From a virus: a DNA stretch of 64,000 nt. A program made the translations under genes and the position numbers. Below the pieces are notes generated by a model. The model was not told the DNA's origin. It saw only the letters and a list, made by a program, of their open reading frames with translations, and ran no database searches. Shown here one piece after another: positions 58,324-64,000 of this stretch. Every line of letters starts with the position of its first letter. Position 1 is the first letter of the stretch. The stretch lies in IMG/VR virus record IMGVR_UViG_3300037882_001492, positions 54,191 to 118,190 of that record, one strand, 5' to 3'.

Positions 58324-59116
58324 GTTTCTCTTTATGTTCTTGAATGAGTTGCTCTTTTTCTAACATTGAGCGTTGAATTTCTTCCGCCGAAGCCCATAAA
58401 GGACAAATACCTTTATATTCACAACTTCCACACCAATCATTGATTCTAGGTTTCAAGTCTTCCTTTTTGGCTTTTCTGATTTCCCAAACCTTCTTTATAG
58501 TTTTTGATTTAAAGTTCTGTATGGAGTAATCGAAAAACTTAATCGGAACAATTTTATCCTGAACTGGATAATAATGAATAAACATGATATTGTTGTAAGG
58601 TTTATTCCATAACTTAGAGGCAACCATTACATACAACTGTGCCTGAAAGTCTTTGTTTAAATCACTTGAAGTTTTCGGGCGTTTAGAGGTCTTATAGTCA
58701 ATAAGGAGAATGTTGCCATTAGGGGCGCGAACTACACGGTCAATAATACCTACAGTCTTAAGACCGTCTGTAAACTCCGCTTCCCATTCAAACTCAACAC
58801 CAATTGTTTCTCCTTCAATTCGTTTGTTAAATTCTATGAAGTTAGTAATACATTTTAGAACTGTAGCAGGTGAATAACCTTCAAATTTATAATTTGCTCT
58901 CTCTTCTGCTGCAATTGACTTTAATGCTTCTTCCGTTAAGGTTTCTATTCCTCTCTCAAATATTCTATGAATATAGGAGCCAAACTGCATTGCGCTCTCC
59001 GAAGAATTTGGATTAAAGATTCCGGGCAGTTTATCAATATATTTTTTAGCAAACTTAAAAGGGCATTGTTCATAACTAGCCATTTTAGAAGCCGATAGGT
59101 TGTCAAAGTAAACCAT
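58301..59116 (-). CDS. PD-(D/E)xK RecB/Cas4-like exonuclease; start probably 59116
   Basis: LSASK...CP, FGSYIH, GIIDRV, IDYKT, QAQLY and CxxCxxxxxC. Confidence 0.88.
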   Translation of the reverse strand: MVYFDNLSASKMASYEQCPFKFAKKYIDKLPGIFNPNSSESAMQFGSYIHRIFERGIETLTEEALKSIAAEERANYKFEGYSPATVLKCITNFIEFNKRIEGETIGVEFEWEAEFTDGLKTVGIIDRVVRAPNGNILLIDYKTSKRPKTSSDLNKDFQAQLYVMVASKLWNKPYNNIMFIHYYPVQDKIVPIKFFDYSIQNFKSKTIKKVWEIRKAKKEDLKPRINDWCGSCEYKGICPLWASAEEIQRSMLEKEQLIQEHKEKLKNRRKG

Positions 59117-60098
59117 GAATTTTCCGTCTCCCTTTATAATAGAATACTTGTCCGAGAAATTTTCAGAAAATAAACAGACAGAAAAAGAATTCATGGTAAA
59201 TTCTGTCTTCGTGGACGATCATAAGTTCCATATGTCTATTAATAAGGAGACAGGACTTTGGAGAGACTTTAAGAGTGGAGAAACCGGAAACTTTGTACAC
59301 TTAGTTGCAATCGTAGAAAACATCGGTTACAAAGAAGCAGAGTTCTATTTGCTTAAGAAACTATCAAAAGATCACTTTATTCTTATTGATGTTTTAAGAG
59401 AGAAGAATAAAACAAAGTATGAGTTAAGCCAAACCACTAACTCACTAAACCACTACAAGAATGATTTTCTTCCAATTAGAGAAGAAATGAAAATGTGGGG
59501 AAATCCGATTTACATTAAGGCAGTTGAGGAACTTGAAAAGCGTAAAATCAATTATACGAACAAAACCTTCTATGTCGCTTATCAAGGTCGTTTCGTCAAT
59601 CGTTTAATTCTTCCTTATGAAAAGAATGGAAATCTTCATTTCTTTCAAGGACGAGCCTTAACTGAATATGCTAAACCAAAATACTTGAATCCGTCAAGCA
59701 AAGACGGCATTAAAGCAAGCGATGTTCTTTATCCGTTCAATACGCAGAAATCCTATGTGATTCTAACAGAAGGAGTTTTCGATGCTATTTCGTTACAGGA
59801 GCAAGGATTAAATGCCACTTGTGTTAATGGGGCTTTAATTAGTTTAAGCCAAGCATCCCAAATCAAAACTAAGAAAGTTATTCTTGCCTTTGATGGAGAC
59901 GATGCTGGTCGAGTAGGGGTTTTAAAAAGCAAGAAGGTTTTAGATAATTTAGGAATTAAAAGCTTTTATGTGTCACCGCCGCCGACTTTTAAAGATTGGA
60001 ATGAAGCGCATCAAAAAGACTTCGATCTACGAGCCTATTTCAAATCCGAAACTAAATCCTTTCTATCTTGGTATATTAGAAACGCTATTGTATCGTGA
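59115..60098 (+). CDS. dnaG: DNA primase (TOPRIM)
   Basis: NRLILP, FQGR, KYLN, TEGVFDA, FDGDDAG and KDWNE. Confidence 0.92.
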   Translation: MNFPSPFIIEYLSEKFSENKQTEKEFMVNSVFVDDHKFHMSINKETGLWRDFKSGETGNFVHLVAIVENIGYKEAEFYLLKKLSKDHFILIDVLREKNKTKYELSQTTNSLNHYKNDFLPIREEMKMWGNPIYIKAVEELEKRKINYTNKTFYVAYQGRFVNRLILPYEKNGNLHFFQGRALTEYAKPKYLNPSSKDGIKASDVLYPFNTQKSYVILTEGVFDAISLQEQGLNATCVNGALISLSQASQIKTKKVILAFDGDDAGRVGVLKSKKVLDNLGIKSFYVSPPPTFKDWNEAHQKDFDLRAYFKSETKSFLSWYIRNAIVS

Positions 60099-61056
60099 AA
60101 TAGAATCTAGGTGAATAGATTGTTTCAGTCAATAAGGTAAACTTAAGATCAACCACATACACGCCTCTGATTGGACCGAATCCGTCGTTATTAGTTAAGG
60201 TCGCTAGAATCGCTGTATCAAACGAGAACAATACATCATCAGTCGCAGTAATCTCCACTAAACCAGAAGTATCAGAGAAACCCGAAACTTCTGGAAAGTT
60301 AGCAAATGCAGGGTCGTCGTTTGCTTTGCGAATTCTTATTGCGGCATTCTGAATTATTGAATCGCGGAATATGTTTTTAATAGATTCTGAAATATTTCTA
60401 TTGACGACAACAATATCATTAATAAATTTCAGATTGACTTTTTCACCGTATTGGATCTTAGTAGGTTCAAATCTTGTAGTAACTTTAGTTAATACTGGCT
60501 CTGCTAATCCAATGATGTTGTTTAGGTGTAAAGTAAACGATTGGATATAGGTTTTAACTCCGCCACCGTTAGCGTGTTGGATTGTCCAAATATCGAAGTA
60601 ATTTCCAGTCTGTAGGCCTGACGATGGGATGGAGATAACTCCACCTGATAAATTAAGACCAGAAGCCCCTGGCACTAAAAAGACAGAGAATTGACCGGCA
60701 ATTCCAGCCTTGTTTCGATAGATTCCACTAACGGAGTTTGTTGCTCCTGTAAATAAGGAAGGCGCTAGCAAACCGTTACCACTAAAATTAAAGACCATTA
60801 AATCGTTTGCAGACGAATTAAGTAATCCATAGTTTGTTGAATTAGCGTCTAAATCAAGAAACTTCTCTGGTAAACCATTTGTGACATATGGAAACTCCGC
60901 ACTTGACGCTGTAGTGTCTTTAAAGATTGTTACCGAAGAAACTGAATACGGATCAACATAAGATCCGTTTTGAATATAGAATAAGTCTAGTTTAACCCTA
61001 TCTTCGGTTGAAGGGCGGTTCTTTCTAGGAACTACAGAAATGCCATTAAAATCCAT
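60085..61056 (-). CDS. Putative virion structural protein
   Basis: CTAAATA 6 nt upstream. Ser/Gly-rich, beta-type composition like the tail proteins. Confidence 0.6.
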   Translation of the reverse strand: MDFNGISVVPRKNRPSTEDRVKLDLFYIQNGSYVDPYSVSSVTIFKDTTASSAEFPYVTNGLPEKFLDLDANSTNYGLLNSSANDLMVFNFSGNGLLAPSLFTGATNSVSGIYRNKAGIAGQFSVFLVPGASGLNLSGGVISIPSSGLQTGNYFDIWTIQHANGGGVKTYIQSFTLHLNNIIGLAEPVLTKVTTRFEPTKIQYGEKVNLKFINDIVVVNRNISESIKNIFRDSIIQNAAIRIRKANDDPAFANFPEVSGFSDTSGLVEITATDDVLFSFDTAILATLTNNDGFGPIRGVYVVDLKFTLLTETIYSPRFYFTIQ

Positions 61057-61061
61057 TTATA

Positions 61062-61226
61062 TTATTTAGTTTGTTTGTTCATTTCATTTAATATTTCAAT
61101 TAACTCTAATCTTTCTTTAAAAGTAAGTTCTTTAATAAAATCGAATGAAATCTCGGCTCTCAAAAATTGGGATATTTGGACAAAAAGTGCTTTTCGATTT
61201 AAGCAGTTACCAATATCCCTTACATA
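61062..61226 (-). CDS. Unannotated -1-frame extension (gp51 / tail chaperone T-like) of the gp26-like gene
   Basis: 54 codons: YVRDIGNCLNRKALFVQISQFLRAEISFDFIKELTFKERLELIEILNEMNKQTK. No upstream ATG in frame. It is entered via the slippery site. Confidence 0.75.
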   Translation of the reverse strand, partial: YVRDIGNCLNRKALFVQISQFLRAEISFDFIKELTFKERLELIEILNEMNKQTK

Positions 61227-61232
61227 AAATTT
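61169..61232 (-). promoter_or_regulatory. Programmed -1 ribosomal frameshift signal
   Basis: A_AAT_TTT (61226-61232), 6-nt spacer, and stem GGGATATTGG...CCAAATATCCC with an inner TGCTT/AAGCA stem. Confidence 0.8.
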
Positions 61233-62005
61233 GAGTTTAACTCAAGTCTTGTAGTATTATCTTTCTTACAACTTTGACAGGAATAAATGAATTTGTTCTG
61301 CAAACCATAAGAGTCATCGAAAATTGCTTTTGAAAGAAGTAATGCTTCTGATGCTTTAAGGTTAAGAACCAACTTTTCAATTAAAGTTGTGTTCTCTGCC
61401 AAAGTGAAGGTTTTCCCTCCTTTACTTACGGATACGATAAAACGATATAAGTTCTCTAAGAAACTTGTTTCAGTTGTGAAATACTGCTCATCGTTTGCCA
61501 GAGCGCATCTAAACTTAATTTCCACTTCGGATTGTGGTAAAGTTATTGTACCGTAAAACGATTCCATTGGAGTCGGTCTATAATTGACAGGAACTTCACT
61601 AAGTTTCAAAGTAATCTTATTAGAGGTCTTACAGTAGTTACAAGCTGATTCTAATACATATTCGTCTCCAATACTTAATTCTCTGATTTTAAATAATAAG
61701 AACAGTTTATCAGGAATTGTTAGGGCGCGGGGTTCTTTATGACCTTCAACGCATGAGCGAAGCATTTGTTCAACGGCTTCACTTGATTTGTCTTTGTTAG
61801 AAAGAATTCTTGTGAATTCAATTTCGTCTTTGACTTTTAATGGTCTGACATTAACAGTTCCATTACATTCGTATTTTGAATAAAGAACTGGACTATTTGA
61901 TGGTAGTTTAAAGGACTGATATCCGATTTTAGCCTCGCCTAGCAGAAACTTCAAATCGTCTTCAATGGAGGCGACCGGGATATTTGCGGTATTAATTTCG
62001 CTCAT
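61220..62005 (-). CDS. Baseplate hub assembly chaperone (gp26-like)
   Basis: KLPS, VRPLKVKDE, DKLFLLFKIRELSIG, CxxC twice, and C-terminal NF. Confidence 0.85.
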   Translation of the reverse strand: MSEINTANIPVASIEDDLKFLLGEAKIGYQSFKLPSNSPVLYSKYECNGTVNVRPLKVKDEIEFTRILSNKDKSSEAVEQMLRSCVEGHKEPRALTIPDKLFLLFKIRELSIGDEYVLESACNYCKTSNKITLKLSEVPVNYRPTPMESFYGTITLPQSEVEIKFRCALANDEQYFTTETSFLENLYRFIVSVSKGGKTFTLAENTTLIEKLVLNLKASEALLLSKAIFDDSYGLQNKFIYSCQSCKKDNTTRLELNSNFM

Positions 62006-62046
62006 ATTTCGTATGTATTATCCCAATACTAGAAAATACATATGAA

Positions 62047-63417
62047 GTGGTTACAATTAAACTTACGGGAATCGAGGGCGTTCTAGAATGCTCTGATTCT
62101 ACTGTTTTCAAAGCAATTTGTGACAAATACACTAAAACAGTTCCAGGAGCCTATTATGCTAAGCGAGCAACAAAGTTCAAAGGGTGGGATGGGAAAAAGG
62201 AATTCATTAGTTCTAAAACAGGCAAATTTGGAATTGGACTTCTTCCTTATTTAGAAGCGGATTTAAAAAGAGCCGAAATTCCATACAATGTTATAAACAA
62301 CATTAAGGAACTTCCTCTTGAGAAAGTTATAATTCCAACTTTAGAATTACGAGACTACCAGCAGAAGATGTATGAAACATTTATGCAAGAGCGTAGATGT
62401 ATAATTCAACTTCCTACTGCGGCTGGTAAAACTGCAATTTTAGCATATATGTTAAAAACTTTGGAAAACTACCATGGTGTAGTGTTCTTTAATAGAAGAT
62501 CCTTAGTCGAACAAACCTATACTTATTTAAAGAAATACGGAATTGATGTTGGAATCTGTATGGGAAACGATTACATTCAAAAGCCCATAATGCTTTGCAC
62601 TTCTCAATCTGTAGAAAAGATTCTTCATTCACATTTAAATACGGCAAAGTTCATAATGTTTGATGAGGTACACGAATTCTGCAAAGGAAAACTTACAAGT
62701 GCAATTTTGAAAGGATTTAAGAACGCAAGTGTTAGAGTAGGTTTAACAGCAACGGTTCCACAAGAACCTTATCATAAGTTAACCCTTGTTTCTCACTTAG
62801 GTCAAATTTACAATGACTACTCGGCTAGCGACCTGATTAAGCAGGGGAAACTGGTAAATCCGAAAATTTCTTTTATAAAGCTGCCCGATTCCTCTACAAT
62901 ATCTGACCTACATATATCTTATCAAGAACTGTATAATAAATTTATAGTTAACTGCAACAAAAGAAATACTTTAATTAAAGATTTAGTAAACAAAATAAAG
63001 ACTAAAAACAATAAAGCTAAAATACTACTTTTAGTTCAATCATTAAATCACATGCAGAAATTAAAAGAACTTTTGCCTGACGCTTTAACGATACAGGGTA
63101 ATGACGATATTACAGCACGAAAGAAAGCAATTAAGGAATTTCAAACTTCTGAATCTGCAATCCTGATTGGAACTGTAATTTTGCAAACAGGAATCAATAT
63201 TCCAGAAATTACTCACTTTATTAATTGTCGTGGATTAAAATCCGACATTCCAACAATCCAGGCTTTAGGTCGTGCTTTGCGTACTCACGAAACTAAGTCG
63301 GAAGTTTTCATCTACGATATCTTCAATCAAGAAGGAATACTGTTGCAGCATTCAAAGAAGAGATTACGCATTTACAAGAAACTAAAATTTCAAATTAAAA
63401 TTTATGAAGGAAGCTAA
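62047..63417 (+). CDS. uvsW: SF2 helicase UvsW-like
   Basis: GWDGK, LRDYQ, PTAAGKT, DEVH, GLTAT, TGINIP and QALGRALR. Confidence 0.92.
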   Translation: MVTIKLTGIEGVLECSDSTVFKAICDKYTKTVPGAYYAKRATKFKGWDGKKEFISSKTGKFGIGLLPYLEADLKRAEIPYNVINNIKELPLEKVIIPTLELRDYQQKMYETFMQERRCIIQLPTAAGKTAILAYMLKTLENYHGVVFFNRRSLVEQTYTYLKKYGIDVGICMGNDYIQKPIMLCTSQSVEKILHSHLNTAKFIMFDEVHEFCKGKLTSAILKGFKNASVRVGLTATVPQEPYHKLTLVSHLGQIYNDYSASDLIKQGKLVNPKISFIKLPDSSTISDLHISYQELYNKFIVNCNKRNTLIKDLVNKIKTKNNKAKILLLVQSLNHMQKLKELLPDALTIQGNDDITARKKAIKEFQTSESAILIGTVILQTGINIPEITHFINCRGLKSDIPTIQALGRALRTHETKSEVFIYDIFNQEGILLQHSKKRLRIYKKLKFQIKIYEGS

Positions 63418-63634
63418 AGAAAGTATCGAAAAGGCGTTATTCTTAAGTGAAGAAGAAATTGCTCAATTAAAGCATTTGAAAGACAAATTAATTGCTCATA
63501 TTGATAAACCTAACTTGAATGGAAACTTCATCTTATCGTTAGATAATATTATAACTGAACTACTGTTTCTACGAAACAGAAAGACTCAGACTTTAATTAA
63601 CTTAATTAAGCAAGGTTACTTAGACGAAGATTAA
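63404..63634 (+). CDS. Hypothetical protein
   Basis: Overlaps the end of uvsW. Confidence 0.55.
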   Translation: MKEAKESIEKALFLSEEEIAQLKHLKDKLIAHIDKPNLNGNFILSLDNIITELLFLRNRKTQTLINLIKQGYLDED

Positions 63635-63999
63635 TCTTTAGTTAAATCATCGAACTTACGAAGAAGTTCTTCTAAACCGTCTCTTGACAAAGGTGCAGGA
63701 TCAGTTTCCTCATCTTCAACAACTTCTTCATCATCTTCCGGTTCTTCTTCTTCACCTACGGTATTTTTATCGTCTTTCTTGCCGAAGGGGAATTTGCCTT
63801 TTTCAGCCTTCTTACCTTTCCCAAAGGGCATCCCTTTACCCTTCTTTTTCTCAGGATTTTCAGGCTCATCGCCATCTTCGGACTCATCTTCGTCATCTGA
63901 CTCGTCCTCACCGCCTTCGTCGTCTTTAGGAGGGAATTTCCCACCTTTTTCATCTTTACCTTTTTTATCTTTAGTATCGTTGCCTTTCTTAACTTTCTT
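63631..63999 (-). CDS. C-terminus of a low-complexity charged protein (5' end outside the window)
   Basis: The frame is open to the window end: KKVKKGNDTKDKKGKDEKGGKFPPKDDEGGEDESDDEDESEDGDEPENPEKKKGKGMPFGK... Confidence 0.75.
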   Translation of the reverse strand, partial: KKVKKGNDTKDKKGKDEKGGKFPPKDDEGGEDESDDEDESEDGDEPENPEKKKGKGMPFGKGKKAEKGKFPFGKKDDKNTVGEEEEPEDDEEVVEDEETDPAPLSRDGLEELLRKFDDLTKD

Positions 64000-64000
64000 A

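Noticed and set aside
58301-59116. Cas4-like gene as part of a CRISPR-Cas system
   Set aside because: No repeat-spacer array or other cas genes were seen. Solo RecB/Cas4-like nucleases are common in phage replication modules.
1-64000. Genome-wide TAG reassignment (genetic code 15)
   Set aside because: Very long genes contain no internal TAG. TAG ends the helicase, sbcC, sbcD, resolvase, gp25-like and 60085 genes at plausible C-termini. Each has a backup TAA within about 13 codons, which is only weakly suggestive in AT-rich DNA. Only local or leaky readthrough remains plausible.
1-64000. tRNA or structured ncRNA genes, including an amber suppressor
   Set aside because: Intergenic gaps are almost all under 90 nt and are accounted for by promoters or terminators. 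No cloverleaf was recognised.

Overview
64 kb core region of a large AT-rich, T4-like (contractile-tailed) dsDNA phage, mostly encoded on the minus strand. Left arm: replication, recombination and nucleotide genes (intein-containing glycosyltransferase, gp32 SSB, UvsY, DnaB/gp41 helicase, dUTPase, intein-containing class II RNR, GroES, SbcCD/gp46-47, a split family-A DNA polymerase, gp55-like late sigma, Holliday junction resolvase). Centre and right: tail tube, sheath, neck, capsid, scaffold and protease, then a long translationally coupled baseplate/tail operon with primase, a PD-(D/E)xK exonuclease and UvsW nearby. No tRNA, rRNA or CRISPR array was seen. The most notable signals not shown by the ORF track are: (1) a canonical -1 frameshift cassette (A_AAU_UUU, 6-nt spacer, hairpin) joining a gp26-like gene to an unannotated gp51-like ORF; (2) a LAGLIDADG intein beside the conserved Glu of a glycosyltransferase; (3) two reading frames interrupted by a single in-frame TAG, one giving a lipoprotein plus TM (u-spanin-like) fusion; (4) a terminator with a late promoter in its loop and an SD-like tract in its stem; (5) two promoter motifs, CTAAATA and AAATTY-N11-TATAAT; (6) a clan GH-A glycoside hydrolase fused into a baseplate gene. 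All functional calls come from motif recognition by eye; no database searches were run.
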